Assembly: GCF_018977255.1 (NCBI RefSeq)
Contig: NW_024704743.1
Coordinates: 31,622,001-31,686,000, forward strand
Reading direction: 5' to 3'
Source of the DNA: Callorhinchus milii
Taxonomy: Eukaryota
DNA: 64,000 bases
The number at the start of each line of letters is the position of its first letter. Within the stretch, counting starts at the first letter, position 1. Made by a program: the position numbers and the translations under genes. Positions 48,746 to 63,260 of this stretch are shown piece after piece. The notes below the pieces were generated by a model. The model worked only from the letters and a program-made list of their open reading frames with translations, was not told where the DNA came from and ran no database searches.

Positions 48746-48889
48746 ATGTCAATCTCAGATGCTAATACAGTAATGTGTAGAGGCTGCAGTTATTGAGGAT
48801 ATTTCAATGCAAGGTGCTGCAAATAGGACGTAACAATAGGAAACACATGTACTCCATGGAAACACATGTACTCCTTAACCCTAACTCCG

Positions 48890-49690
48890 TTGATGGGTTA
48901 GAACTTCCAAGGGTGAAGCTGAAAGAGATCTAAGAGTTTTAGTTGACTCATCGCTCACATGTCTCAACAGTGTGAAGCAACAATAAACACGACAAATAGA
49001 ATGCTGGGCTGGTTTGCCAAATTGGTTGGCTTCAGATCCCTTGAAGTCATGGTCAAGCTGTACAGTGCTCTAGTTCTGCTGTATGTAGAGGACTGTACAG
49101 TTCTGGTTGTTGTGATATAAGGGTACTACCCAGGTTCTCGAGGCAGTGCAGAGGAGAGCAATAAGGATGATTTAGAGGAACAATGATGATAATAATAATA
49201 ATCCTTGTGTTTGATATGGAGCCTTTCACATCATCGAGATGCCTCAAAACTCTTCACAGGATACACTGTAAAGTGGATTGACTGTATTTTGTGAGCAAAA
49301 TGAGCTTGCTTTCTCTCTCCAGTCTTGAAAAGAGCATCGCAGAGTAGACGTTATAAAAATCTAAAAGGTTTTAAATAGGATTGCAGAAGTAAGCTTAGAA
49401 CAATGTTTTTGGATATACTAAGATAGGAGAACAAGAGGACACAGGACATAGCACACATGGTTGCAAAAGGCAATTTCAGAACAGACACCAGGAATTATTT
49501 CTTTAGTTTGAGAGTAATTAATGACTGAACATGTTATCAGGAAGGTGGTTGAGGGCAGGTGCTGGACCTATTTAAAATAATAATAATTTGCTGCTGTGAT
49601 GGGTGGACACTAGGGTGGGTATTCTGGGAAGGATGAGATAAAATGGGATGAAGGACCCTCTTCATACAAATCTCTTTTGTGATACCGTGC
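48890..49690 (+). mobile_element. CR1 3' fragment with a SINE tail inserted (~49185-49300)
   Basis: GAAAGAGATCTAAGAGTT (ERDL.V), CAGTTCTGG, AGAACAAGAGGACAC (RTRGH) and the CR1 3'UTR. Confidence 0.7.
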
Positions 49691-50409
49691 AGGAAACCAA
49701 TCCTGATCATCTAGGTTTATGAATGAATTAAATCACAATTCTACATTATATAATATGTACTTTGTAGGTTTCAGCTTGCCTCAGTTGGTAGCAATCTAGC
49801 AATCAGTAATATAGCATGTGTTAGGCCATTGGTCACATCATTGTAAGACTATAATTGATGAGGTTGTCATAAAGTATGAGAGCAAAACTATGCCAGTTTA
49901 TGAACTGACTGAAATTACAGTCATAATCTAAGATAATTGTTATTCTATACAGTTATGTTGGAAGTAAGCACAATGAGCCTTTACTTTCTGCCTCTTTGTT
50001 CTATTATGTGGGAGAGATACCGGGTGGAGGCTGTGTAGTGCAATGTATGGTAGGCTGAAAAGTATCAGCCATTAAATAAATGGTACAGCTCTGCTACTCT
50101 CTTAAACAGTGACCTATGAACAAAGGTGTGCACTATACATGCAGTATTGTTGCACTCACTAATTTGAACCGGCCCTAGTTCTTCTTTCCCCTTTCGCCAA
50201 CTCATAACTTTCTTATATCTTTGTTGCAATAAATTTAAACTGATTTTTGGTGTTAGACAGCAAGGACAGAATCTGTGGTTATTTTTCTCTTAAGAACACA
50301 TTTGGGGTTGAACACTCCCCATCCCTCCTTGACTTCTGGAAGCTAGCTTCATAGTCTAGCTGATTCAGAAGAACTGTATCACCATTTTGATTAAACTATG
50401 TGAGCAGTT

Positions 50410-51927
50410 TGGTGTACAAACACTAGTATAAACATTTCAAATCCCTTCATGTCCTTGCACCTCCCTACCTTTCCGATCCGCTTACTCCCCACTCCACCAC
50501 TCGCTGTCTCCGCTCGTCTGGCTCCTGCCTCCTGTTTGTTCCTTATCCGCTCTGCTCCACCATTGATGGCCATGCCTTCAGCCATACACCCCAAAACTCT
50601 GGAACTCTCTCCCTCAATCCTTCCGCCTTGCCTCCTCTGTCCCCACTTTCAAATCCCGTCTAAAGACCTCCCTTTTTGATTGTGCTTACGATCACCTCCT
50701 TCCTCCCTCTCCCCCTGGCTCGGTGTCAGACTCCGCCACTGTCAACCGCTCCAGGACGCTACTCCGGGTAAAGGGTGCTATATAATGCAAGTTGTAATTG
50801 TTGTGGTATGGACTAGTTGGACTGAGTGTTTCCATGCTGCATCATTCTGTGTAATTATTTGTAGACGACTATCTGGCGAAAAAGCGTAAAATCCATGCTC
50901 CCTCCGAGCCTCAATTCAAGATTTTGTCTGAATGTGAAACTCTTGTATCAGGGACTAGAAAGAGGTCCACTGAGGTCTATCGCATGACATATGTACCAGG
51001 TGTCAGCTTGATTCCGTTAGTTGCCCTCTTGTCTCTGAATTAGAAGGTTGTGGTTGAAGCCCCATGTTGGTGATTTCAAGCTCATAGTCTAGGCAGATAC
51101 TCCAATGTAGTGGTGGAGGAGCACCACTTACTGGAGATGCTGTCCTCGAATGAGACGTTAAACTGAGGCCTGTTGTAGTCGATGTTGGGGAAAAATGGGG
51201 AGGATAGAAAAAAGTTTTCACGCAGTGTAGGTAGGATATGGAATGCCCTGTCAGGAGCGTTGGTTGAGACAGAATCCATATTGGCCTTCAAGAGAGAATT
51301 GGATGAATAACTTTAAAAGAGTTAGCTACATGGGTATGGGGAAGGGGAAGGTAAATGGATTGCTCTTCAGGGAGATGATGAGTTGATGGACCGATGGCCT
51401 TCTTCTGTGCAGTAAATTTCTAGGATTCTGTGGTTAAGGATCCCAAGGCAATATTTGAAAAGAGAAGGGAATTTCTCCCAGTAGCCTAGTCGATAATCCC
51501 TCAGTTGAAATGAATCATTCACTTCATGGCTGTTTGTGGGACATTGCTCTGTGCAAAACTGGCTCTTCTGTTCATCTGCAAATATACAGTCACTACACTT
51601 TATAGTAAATCCTGTGAAGGGCTTTAAGGTATTTTGATGCCTTAATAATAATCCTTGCATTTGATATAGCACCTTATCACGTTGGTGAGACATCTCAAAG
51701 CGCTTAACAGGATATACTGTATAGTGGATTGACTGTGTATTTTGTGAGTGAAATGCGGCAGCCAGTTGCACACAACAATGTCCCACAAACAGTCATGGAG
51801 TGAATAAACAATTTTATTTGGGGGATTGTTGGTGAGGACACTGGGAGAAACTCCCTTCTCTTTTTGAATAGTGCCATTGGATCTTGGGACATCCTCCCGA
51901 CGTGAAAGGCCCTATACAAATGTAATC

Positions 51928-51958
<31 letters not shown>

Positions 51959-52020
51959 GCATCGACCTGAACAGGCAGATGGGACCTAGGTTTAATGTCT
52001 CACTCAAAGGACGGATTATT
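50410..52020. mobile_element. Cluster of L2, Deu-SINE and CR1 fragments
   Basis: L2 end 50410-50805; Deu-SINE head 51020-51190; CR1 end 51190-51430; SINE 51643-51880 (minus); L2 tail with (TTG)n 51883-51956. Confidence 0.7.
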
Positions 52021-52199
52021 ATTATGTTTAAAGCATGTGTAAACATGGGTATGCTGTGTGCCATATGTAAATAGGCAATTACAAATGACCTCAATTATGT
52101 AATTAACCAATAAAACCGATTAGTTGTTAAATACATAATTAAGATACTGCAATTCGCTCTGCACACTTGGAACATAAAAGACAAATCTTGACACATTGT

Positions 52200-52295
52200 T
52201 TAATATACAATGTATCATATTATTAATATATTATTATATATAATATATTATATTATACTATATATAATATATATATATAATATTGTTTAATATAT
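52200..52295. repeat. AT-rich low-complexity (TA)-type repeat
   Basis: tattaatatattattatatataatatattatattatactatatataatatatatatataatat. Confidence 0.9.
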
Positions 52296-53931
52296 GCATT
52301 TCCCCCACAAATATACAGTGAATTCACTTTACAGTATATTCTGTGAAGCGCTTTGAGACGTCTAGAAGACGTGAAAAGTGCTATATCAAGGATTATTATT
52401 ATTATTATTTTATTATTATTATATACGGTTTAATATAGACCTCAGTAAAAAGTTTGGCAAATGCTTTGCTAATAAACAATAGTCTGCAATAGGTTTCACT
52501 AATGGCAACTGAGAATATTTAACTGGGAATCCTCATTGGATCTCTCCAACCTACTAAAGTTCCAGAACTTTGGAGTGGGGGTCGCAAATGGGCCTGAAGA
52601 TGAGTTGATATTTGATCTTGTATATAGACCATAGGAATTGATGTTGAATATGCCTGACCCTTGTTACCTCACCCTGTAAATAGCTGCTCTAAAGTTAAGT
52701 TTTAGATAATGCTCATTTGTAACTGAGGCACCAGTGGTTTGAGCTGTCATTGAGACGATGTTGCACATTTTGCTTTCAGCCCATCCGTTGGATTAAAATA
52801 GTCAATGAAGAATCTTAGCATTCAAGTATTTTTTTCAAAAATTAATTGACAACTCAAGAGCTTTATAGTTGCCCTCAAATTCACTTGGTTGCTTTCTATT
52901 CCGATTTCAGTCTGAAGTAGTTGATTGATCCACTTAATGCTGCAGCAACACTACCTTCTCTGTATAAATATAGTATTTTTCTCATTTTTATTATGCAACA
53001 CAATACAATATAAATCTACATTTATAATGCCTTTCATGTTGGGCAGATATCTCAAGGCATTTAGAGTCCTGGCTTGGCACCCAAGCAGGGGTGGGGTGTG
53101 GGGGTACCTGAGGGGGTGGGGAAAGGAAAAATGACTGCAGGTCTTGAAACGGATCTTGAAAGAGGTGAGGGAGAGAATGAGTCGGTAAGACTCCAGGATA
53201 GAGTTCCAGAGAGTTGGGGAAGATAGGCTGAAAGCCTTACCGCCGAAACGTGTATATGAGTTTATTTCCATGTGTTTCCTTACCGAGGAAAGAATTGTAA
53301 TAGGGAATATAGAATTGGTAAATATCTCAAGCCATTATCCTCGTTCATGTTTTGCCACAAAAACATTTCCTGCCAATTAGACATGCAAGGGAGGGAGACA
53401 GTTACTACCACCTAAGATGCTGTATATCGTCCTGACAACATTGCAAACACAGCTAATCTCCATGGCAAAGCCACCATACTCTACCTTGGCTGCACTTCAT
53501 AGTTTAATCAATGTCTCCCACATACACAGGATTCGGACTTCTATCTATGGAATGAAGAAATAGATTTAGTCTGAGTCGAGCATCCTGTATTTCCACTTCA
53601 CCAGGTAGTTTGCTGTGCAGCCACCCTTGACTCTTTAATGGCTGGGGTTAGAACTTCTCTGATTAACAGTGTTACCTGTGATTGCCGTATAATATATACC
53701 AGCTCCTTATTTCATTTGTAACTCCACCATTGAATTGCTAAATCGTTCCCTCGCTGGGTTCTCTTGTGAATCATGTTGACAGTGCAACAGCCTCTCAACA
53801 GGTTTTAAATTAATGAAAGTTTCAGCCCTCCTCTTCACAGGCATTAACATTGTTCTCATTTTACTGAGACTGCAGTAAATTATAGAAGAAAAATTATGGA
53901 TGTTGGCGATTGGGGCCGTAGAGCAGTGGTT

Positions 53932-54125
53932 TACAATGGGATTCATGAATGGTGACTCAGGATTGCTAACAGGGATTCCTGCCAGTAACCGGCAGTACAT
54001 CACAGACAACTTGTGAGATCTTCGCCTTGAAAGTGCCAGCAGTAGATCATGGGGTTCCCATGAGATGGCTGTTAGGGCAGGATTCCCATTTAAGGTCTCC
54101 TTTGCTATTAGTGAATCCCATTGTA
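53932..54125. repeat. Long imperfect inverted repeat (fold-back MITE-like)
   Basis: TACAATGGGATTCA / TGAATCCCATTGTA (14-bp perfect); inner GGGATTCCTGCC / GGCAGGATTCCC. Confidence 0.75.
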
Positions 54126-55654
54126 GATCTTTGCTTTCTCAACCCTGATAAGTCTGCATTTAATCTGGGGTTTCGATGACATTCATAAACCACTCAAGCT
54201 TTGTTCTTGTAGTTAATGATGTCATCTGAACCCCTGGAGTAAATTACAGCCTCATTACTCACTCCCAACTACCCACAGCTCTCTCTCTCTCTTTCTCTCT
54301 GCGTAGCATGAAAGTAACATGTCAACAGAATGCACATTTGCATTTGTAACTGAATAAAACATTAACCTGCTTTTAAGAAACTAACAAATTAAAGTCATGT
54401 TTGATGGGCCAAATACCTCTGACAATGACATCCGCCTTGATTCCTGGACTGTTTCAGACTAAAAAAGGAAAACAGCATTTTTATCTGAAGCAAAAGTAAT
54501 TTAGAATTGAGGTAATTGACTATTAGCAGATCAAACCTGACTGGGTGTGTTAGGTGCAATCTGATTTCTCTTCCAAAGGGCAGTCGAGGCCACAATGGCT
54601 GCGTGGCAGTTTGTGACCTGTTCATTCTGCAGCTGGAAGGATGATGGAATGGAAATGAGTTGCTACGAAAATAGTTGAGATTAAGCTGTGAAATACAAGG
54701 AATATGTTGGCTAACAGAAAAAAACACATATCACAACCAACAAAGAGCTGTCACATGAGGCACTGGGCGCTGGTGCCCTGAAACTTACAGAACAGAGGCA
54801 TACAGCATGTTTCCTTTGAGTACAGTGACTTAAATAAGGAATGGAGATGCTTTTTTAATGAAGAGAGCAGGACAACTCAGAGCGACTAATGCCACTAATG
54901 GATTTGGAGAGGCTGCTAATGCATTGTAGGAGGCATTGGATTGATCTCTCATATGTAAAATAGGATTTGAAAACAACAGAACAAAATGTAAATGCTTTTA
55001 TGGAAAATCCAGTCACAGTATGGATGCCATTAAGTTAAATGTAGTCGTTGATAATGAGAAAGGTGACACACATTGTATATGATCACATTTCTGTTGCGTG
55101 TTGCCCATAGCATCTTTGGTGATGCACGACTATAATAGGCAGTCTGATTAAAGGTCATCATCACTGAAGAGGATGGGATATGTGTAATGCTCAATAGAGT
55201 ACAATTTTTATGTTATCGAGGCTCTTCTAATGGTTATGGCACATTGCTTTCTGCAGGAGTCTGAAACACTTAAAAGCACAAGCACACAGAAGCATAAAAT
55301 CATAGAAACGCAAATCACAAAGAAGACCATTCGGCCCATCGTGTCTGTACTGACTCTTTTAAAGAAACATCCTTTCAGTCCCATTTCCCTGCCCTTTCCC
55401 CATACCCCTGCAGTTTACTTGTTTGTAGATATCTATCTAGTTCCCTTTGAAAGTTAATATGAATTCTGTTTCAACCACTGCTCCCAGCAGGACATTCCAT
55501 ATCCTAACCACCTGCATGAAAAATGTTCTCCAAACTTCCCTGTTTGCTCGCTATCTTGAATTGATGCCCTGTAGTCACTGACTCATCAGCCAGTGGAAAT
55601 AATTTCTCCTCTTGCCTCTATGTATATTTATTCTGTGCTCATGTATAACCTTAT

Positions 55655-56003
55655 ATTAGAGCACTCACCTCGCAAGCGAGAGACCTGGATTCGATTCCCG
55701 GCAGGGCGAAATGTTTGGCAAGTTTCCTTACTCCACACACCTGTTTACCCAGCAGTAAGTAGGAACCTGGTTGCTTGTCAATTGGCAGATTGCTTTTCTG
55801 GGTTTAATAATTCCTTTTAAAAAAAAGAATTGGTCACTCAATCCACGACTGTTTGTGGGGCACGGCTGTGCGCAATTGGCTGCCGCATTTTGCTCACAAA
55901 ATACACAGTCGATTCACTTTACTGTATATTCTGTGAAGCGCTTTGAGGCATCTCAAAGACCTGATAAGCCAATATATCAAATGCAAGGATTATTATTATT
56001 ATT
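55655..56003 (+). mobile_element. SINE, long subfamily (follows a minus-strand CR1 end at ~55290-55640)
   Basis: TTAGAGCACTCACCTCGCAAGCGAG through to the (TTA)n tail. Confidence 0.9.
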
Positions 56004-59000
56004 ATGTCAATTTGGTCAAAACAAAACTACATTATGATATTGTATTTTATATGATTATTAGTAAACAAAATCGTATTTAGTGAAGATGCACAAATTTGCT
56101 ACTTGGCTAAGTAAACAAAGCAGATCTGCAATCTAGGATGACACTCCAGAAATGGGGGCTGGGGGTGGGGTGGGTCTCGTCCCCTGCTCATGTGGGAGTT
56201 AATGATCCTATGGCACTACTTTTGGCCAACAACCTCAATAAAATTGGTCATTCCCTTCATGGCTCTTTGTGGGACATTGTTGTGAAGCAAATTGGCAGTT
56301 GGGTTCACCTATAAACACACAGTCAATGTATTTTACATTATAACTGGTGAAGTGCTTTGAGATGTACTTCCCAACGTGTAAGAAACTATCCTAAGTTAAG
56401 GATTCTTATTGGATATCAAATTTAAATGTTACATATATCAGCCAACATTACAAGCATATTCAGAAATGAACCTATTGAGATGAAATAATGAAGTTCCCAT
56501 CGGAGTGGGAACAAGGGATGTTGGGTGTATGGCAGCCCTCCTGGCTTGAAGAACAGAGTTGCTGTGCACCTTCTGCTGCTCCTGCTGGATGCTCAAAACC
56601 TCCCCCGGGACTCACAGCTGGGCTGGTGCAGGATACCGGCCAGGCTGGCCATAAGCGCAGTGAGCAGGGGTAGGGGAGTGAAGTCAGCAGGGCCTGGGAT
56701 TGTGGTGTGAGGAGAGGAGAATTGAAGAGCCCGGCCCCGAGGCACCACCACAGAGTGGGATCAGGCACAGCCCCTTCCCCCCAACGTCTTGTCTCTCAAA
56801 TCTTCACCCACCTCCCAGACACCCCACTAAGTGTCTAACCCCCAACCATCAGCCCCAGTCACCCCTGTCGTACCTCCCAGACACTCCCTATTGCTGTCAT
56901 ACCTCCCACTGGAGGTGGGGGTGTGGGCAGTCAGAACGTGGGGTGCAGGGTTTCATCACTCTCACTATAAAAGTCATTCCAGTGCAACTGATACTTCATA
57001 AACTCAACCACAGCTTGCTTGTTGAGCCATTCTTTTTGCTGATGTGAAGTGTGCCTGATGCACTGGAACTATCTGCTAGAGATAATTCTACGTAAATTAA
57101 ATGCACAGATTAGTGCTCTTCCTTTGCATAAGCCTTTGCTTAGATTTGCAAAAATGTAAAGACACAAAGATAGGAAAGAGTTTTTATTAACTGCAATAAT
57201 CAGGAATAATTCTCTGTGCACAAAGTATTATAGGCAGGACATTACAGATCACAACAAAACAAGGTGTTAATCACAGTTTAAATTTAGTATTTTTTAAAGT
57301 ATTGATTAAGAATCACCCAGATCTGTCAAAGGATATGAAGGAGACTTATACTTTATTCATTTTCTGCAGAGTGGATGCATCAGTGAAAGAATAAATGGAG
57401 TTGGATGATAAGCAGAAGAGGACAGGGATTTGGTGAAGAAACAAAATGGGAGAGAGAACAGAACCCGGGGAACCTCCAAGTTGATGGTGGCAGAAAATTC
57501 AGATAAACGAAAAAAGTGAGCCAATGCAATTAGCTTTTCGCCTGTAGAACTGTATCAGAATGGAGGAATAATGATTTGGAGGGTTTACAGAAATTTGACA
57601 GCTGGCTTTTGACAGATATTTTTGGCAGTGGACAAGAAGGAAATAACTCTTGGAAATGAAGGGAAATATTTTGAAATCCTCTGGGAGACAGAAAACATAT
57701 AGAACCTGACAAGGATGGATGGGGGTGATGGACATGCTAGGTTTTGTGCATGTAAGGTTGCAGGTAACAGAGTTTTTGGATGAGCTGGTGCTTGCGGATG
57801 TTATAACTGAGGAGACCAGTGAGCAGGGCATTTGAAAAGTTGGGTCTGGAAGTGAAGGAAGTGTGAATGTTTTGGTTATGTTTAAAGTGAGATGAACACA
57901 GAGAAAGGTGATGTGGCGAGGTTGCAAAAAAAAATGTCTTGTTAGGACAATATATTAGGGAGGAAAGAGAGCTGAGGATCAAACAGAATGGTTAAGCACT
58001 GGTTCACTGAATTTGAGAGAGTGCCTAAGACTGAGCCAGAAGCAAGGAAGCATTGGCAGGAGCCGAGGAGTAAGGCTTGTCCAAGTTAAACTAAAGGGTG
58101 AAAATAAAAAGGTACATTCAGGTGTCATCCTCATGCAATCTTGATCTGGACATGGAATATCTGAACATGAAATAATGAAGTTGTAATTAAAATAGAAACT
58201 TGTTATGTGGACAAATGCAGCAGCCAATCTGCACCAGCAGTGTTCTACAAACAATAAACTATGTCATGAATGACATATAGAATATGTGTGACCTTTGCAA
58301 CATGACATAGTACCTGGTGCAACGGTCAAGAATGAGGTGCGAAATCTTCCAGTTCTATTACTAAGTCATACATAACAAGGGCTACACATAACCATAGAAC
58401 ACTATGTGTAGAATTAGTCAATTTCAACCAGTAAGCCAAAAAGGAGGAATATAGAATTGGCTTCAACAACAAATTGCATTTGTATAGTGCCTTTCACGTT
58501 GGAAGAACATCCTAAGATTTCAGCTTTGTGCCCAGGAGGGGAAATGAATAAGACCCCTGTTGCACTTTACTCTTGATCGATCGCTATCTAGCAATCTCTT
58601 TGACTGCTCCTTTGGTCATCTTGCACCCCCACACCCCCACTTGGGCAAGGTAACTGGATGGCACCCATGGCACTGTATCTCCAGATGAATCAGCGCCTTC
58701 ATGATGAGAAAAGGAAAAAGTCAGAAGGGAAGAAAAGGAAAGAACATTGGAGGTTAAAGCAAACAGAAGGGCATCTCCACATCAAAGAGCCAAATTAAAT
58801 GTGAACTGTTCAGTCCAAGCTGGTTTGCAATTAAACGGTCATTGCATGAACTAAACAAATTCCAAGTAGCTGTCAGGGTGATCAGCTCAGACACATTGTA
58901 CAATAAAACCTTGGATGAAAAGGTTTTGATTGGCGGGAAAAAGGAATGTATAATTTTGTGTATAAATAATTCATTTGGGTACCAATAAACGAAAAGCTGA

Positions 59001-59879
59001 AAACATACATGCCAGGACAAGTCTAGGCGTGAAGCACAATCAGTGCATAAATCTAATGCTGTAAAATACATTATTCATCAATATCACAGACCCAAGTTCA
59101 GTTTATAACTGTTCTATAATGCCTTTGATCTGCCATCTGCAATGAATTGCATTACACTTTCAGTTTAAATGAGTGCTGGCTAGATTGTCCAGTCTGACGT
59201 CTGCAGCCACTTTATGGTGAACTTCTTTCTGTATTTCATTGTTCACATTTGGTTAACAAAATTAATTTACAATCAGTCCTCCAAACCTGGAAGACTTTTA
59301 ACAGTATTCATTTCATCTGCCGCCAAACTCTTGAGGAAACCATTCTTCCCAATGTCTGAACTGTGATTAACCCTAGGGCTTGTACAGTAATTATGGTTGG
59401 TTTACTTTCCTATAGGACTTTCCATAGCCTGTAACTTGTAACCAGGGTACTCGATAAAGATGAGAACGAATAAAAAATGTAAATTAATCCAGCGTAATGC
59501 TGGATCTTTCAAATTTTTCTCCACCCTGTTCAAAATGGGAGTGCTCCTTCGTATCAGGGTCAATGAGCCGATCTGTTTCCAACCCTCTTCTCCATTAGTT
59601 TCCAAGTCAGAGGGTGTATGGAGAAAGGATTCACATCTTGCTGTCTTGCTGGAATAACGAGCAAAGATATTTTGCTGTATTATGTGTATTAAAAGTAGAT
59701 TAACAAAGACCGTACAGCATGGAAACAGGTCACTAGCCCACTAGTCAATGCTGGTATTTATCCTCCCCATTTCTTAACCTCTTCCATACAATTCTAATCC
59801 CAGTATCCCATGTGAAGATCTAGCTTCCCCTTGAATGCATCTGTACTATCTGATTCAATCACCTCTTCAGTCAGTGGGC

Positions 59880-61710
59880 CACGACTGATCCAGACTATAA
59901 ATGACTTCTTTATTTTTCCTATCAAATGAAATTACTTTGGATTTTCCTACGCTAACCATTTGCCATCTGTCAGACCATTCCGCTAGCCTGTTAATGTTGT
60001 CCTGAATTGACATCCTGACCATGTGTGACCAAGACTCCTTCTGCCTCCTCGCCCTCTCCGCCGCCTTTGATACTGTGGACCACTCAATCCTCCACCACCG
60101 TCTCTCACCTCAACCTTCAAGGTTCTGTCCTTGACTGGTTCAGGTCCTACCTTTCACACTGCCTCCACTTCATCTCTGAAATCGGTTTCTCCTCCAGCCC
60201 CCAAACCGTCTCGTGTAGAGTTCCTCAGGGCTCTATCCTCGGTCCTCTCCTCTTCACCCTCTACATGCTCCCCCTTGGTGACATCATCCGCAGACATGGG
60301 GTCAATTTCCACATGTTTGCAAATGACACCCAACGCTATCTCTGCTCCACCCTCAACTCAAGGACTACTGGCGTCCTGACCGACTGCCTGTGCGACATCA
60401 AGTCCTGGACAAGAGACAACTTTCTCCAACTGAACGTCAGCAAGACCACGGCTCTCCTGATTGGCTCGCGCCAGCACCTCAGCACCTTGGGCCCTGGCAG
60501 CATCAGCCTCCATGGCTGCACACTTAACCTCACTAAGCCAGTCAGGAGCATGGGTGTCTTGTTTGACCCTGAACTGTCCTTTCTCCTCTACATCTGCACC
60601 ATGACTGGCACTGGCTACCACCCACCTCCGCAACATTGCCAGACTCCGCCACTGCCTCACCCCTCAGGCTGCTGAAACCCTTACCCACGCATTCGTCACA
60701 TCAAGGCTCGATTATGGAAACTCCCTCCTCATCGGCCTTCCCAACTCTTTCCTTCACAAGCTGCAGATCATCCAAAACTCTGCAGCTTGTGTACTCTTGC
60801 GCACCAGGCTCCGTGACCCCATCACTCCCACCCTCGCCCGACTCCACTGGCTCCCCATCCCCAGATGATCGAGTTCAACATCCTCGTCCTCACTTTAAAG
60901 GCCATCCATGGCCTTGCCCCCTCCTACCTTTCTGAACCGCTGATTCCCTACCAACCTGCCCGTTTCCTCCGTTCAGCGGGTTCCGGCCTGCTCTATGTCT
61001 TCCGCCCGATCCGCCCTGCCATCGGTGGTCGGGCTTTCAGCCTCTCTGCCCCCACACTCTGGAACTCCTTCCCACAGTTCCTTCGCCTCGCTTCCTCCCT
61101 TACCTCCTTCAAGGCTGGTCTCAAGACCCTCCTCTTCGATTGCGCCTTCAGTCGCCCTCCCACCTCACTGCCTTCCCTAACCCCTACCCCGACCCTCCCT
61201 CATGTACGGGTCCTGACCCCTGACTGTCCAGCACCTTGGGACATCCTCCCGACGTGAAAGGCGCTCTATAAATGTAATTTTGTTGTTGTTGTAGAATTCT
61301 TCAGCATTCTTCTTAATTGTTTACCAAGCCCGCCCCCCAGTGTTGTGTCATGTGCAAATGTTGGCACCCCACCTTGTATATCTGAATCCAAATCATTTTT
61401 GTATATGGTAAATAGTGTGGTCTTAACATGGATCCCTGTGGAACACCACTTCCTACCTCTTGCCAGCCTGAGAAAATACGCTTAACTCCCACCCTTAGCT
61501 TTCAATTTCCTAACCATTCTTTAATCCATTCTGCTACCTCTCCCACGATTCCACATGCCCTGATTTTAGTTATGAGCCTTTCATGTGACACTCATGTAGG
61601 CCTTCTGAAAATCAGACTATACTACATCCACTGCATTTCCTACATCTACATTTATCAGTTACATCTTCAAAGAATTTGATAAGGTTGGTCAAACAGGACC
61701 TTCCTTTGTT
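59880..61710 (-). mobile_element. CR1 reverse transcriptase fragment split by an L2 insertion
   Basis: Minus strand WQEVGSGVPQGS...NDLD...FAHDT (61300-61470) continues as QDNINRLAEWSDRWQM (59940-60010). Confidence 0.75.
60020..61291 (+). mobile_element. L2 LINE, 5'-truncated, with RT domain and 3'UTR (pseudogenised)
   Basis: [42 protein letters not shown] (catalytic ADD mutated to AND), frameshifts, (TTG)n tail. Confidence 0.95.
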
Positions 61711-62614
61711 TCCAAAGTTACCTATTTGTCTAGCTGGGGTGGGGGAGGAATGAATGTATTTCACTGCTTGTGATACAGAAGTGCAATTAGCTTTCTTATC
61801 CCAGGTGGTCTAGTTGAGGGGGATGCCGGGTGAGTTCTCTAGTGATTTAGTAAAGGATGGTAGGTGATTCACTGGTGATTTCCGCTAATGGTTTAGTGGT
61901 AAGGTATTTTGGCCAATGTTGGGTATCAGCTTAGCTGAGTTGGTAGTACTCTCAACTCTGAGTCATGATCATGAGGTTGTGGGTTCAAGATTCAGGTCAG
62001 GACTTTGAACTCATAATCTAGGCTGACACTCCAGTGCAGTGCTGGGGAAGTCCTGCATTGGGGAACACTCCAATACAACAGTCCCAGTGATGTACTGGGG
62101 TGTCAACCTGGACTCCAAGTCCCACTACCTTCTGACTCAAAGGCAAGAATACAATCAACTGAAGTTGACACCAAAATAAGATGAGTGTAGGAAATGTTCA
62201 TTATGACTGGTGATAATTAAGTAACTGAATCCATTTAGGAATAAGGGAATTTTGAGTCCGACATGTGGAGACTCATAAACACAGATTGGCATCCTGCATT
62301 GCACAGCACAGCTCAACCCCTGGCTATTCCTGACATTACTGGCTTGCTCTTTAGACACGCTATGTTATCAATGATTCACTGTTGCAGAAGTCAAATTCCT
62401 GCTGAAGCCTGTTGAGATGCAGTGAGCATCACTAATGTTTCATAAACATATTTAATGGCATTCTGGGGAATGGCTAAATTTAGGGAATACCATGTCAAAG
62501 ACGTCAAACCTGTATATAACTGTATCAAAAGTGCTGTGAACATTAAGGAAGGGCAGAATGTTTTTTAAGCTCCTGCTAATACGCCCAATGACTGTCAGGA
62601 GTCTTTTTTAGATG

Positions 62615-63260
62615 ACAATTCTCTGAAGGTGCTGGACTCTTGTTGGGATCGACAGACACCAGCATCCCTCTGGTACCTCTCTGAAGTGGCTGTTCATGTG
62701 TTAGCCTTGATGGTTGAGTGCTAGCAGGTTACAATAATAGTAAGTAGGTACCCGGTTATTAGACGATTGGTGGTTCGCTTTCCGGGGGTAATAAGCGCTT
62801 CAAAAACAGTTTTAAAAATAATAATTTGGTAATTTATTCACTCAATCCACGAATGTTTGTGGGGCACTGCTGTGTGAAATTGGCTGCCACGTTTCATCCA
62901 CAAAATACAGAGTCAATTCACTTGACAGTATATTCTGTAAAGCGCTTTCAGACGCCTCAATAACATGATAAGACGCTATATCAAATGCAAGGAATATTAT
63001 TATTATTATATAGCAGCTTATCATGTCGTTATTCAACCATGATAAACATCACAGCTGAGCTCAATCTTGTCTGTGTCCCACGTCTTCACTTTTCAGCAGA
63101 CTTCACAATTAGGAGTGGAAACCTGACTGATTTGTCACTTCTCTAACCATGAGTGCTAAAACAATCTGTAACATCCCAACAACTGGCCGAGCAGATATGA
63201 GCTAACATTCAAACTTGCACTCAGTCTACGAAATGGGAGCAATTGGCAGTCTCTTTACCC
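62615..63260 (-). mobile_element. Ancient SINE family B interrupted by a younger plus-strand SINE (62735-63010)
   Basis: CTCTGAAGGTGCTGGACTCTTG...AAGTGGCTGTTCATGTG resumes after the (TTA)n tail with ATTCAACCATG...CACTTTTCAGCAG. Confidence 0.6.

Noticed and set aside
60025..60675. 216-aa reverse transcriptase ORF as a functional gene
   Set aside because: 5'-truncated L2 with frameshifts and a mutated catalytic motif.
5114..63010. CRISPR-like or prokaryotic system suggested by recurring repeats
   Set aside because: Repeats are dispersed, in both orientations, with microsatellite tails; no spacer array, cas genes or operon structure.
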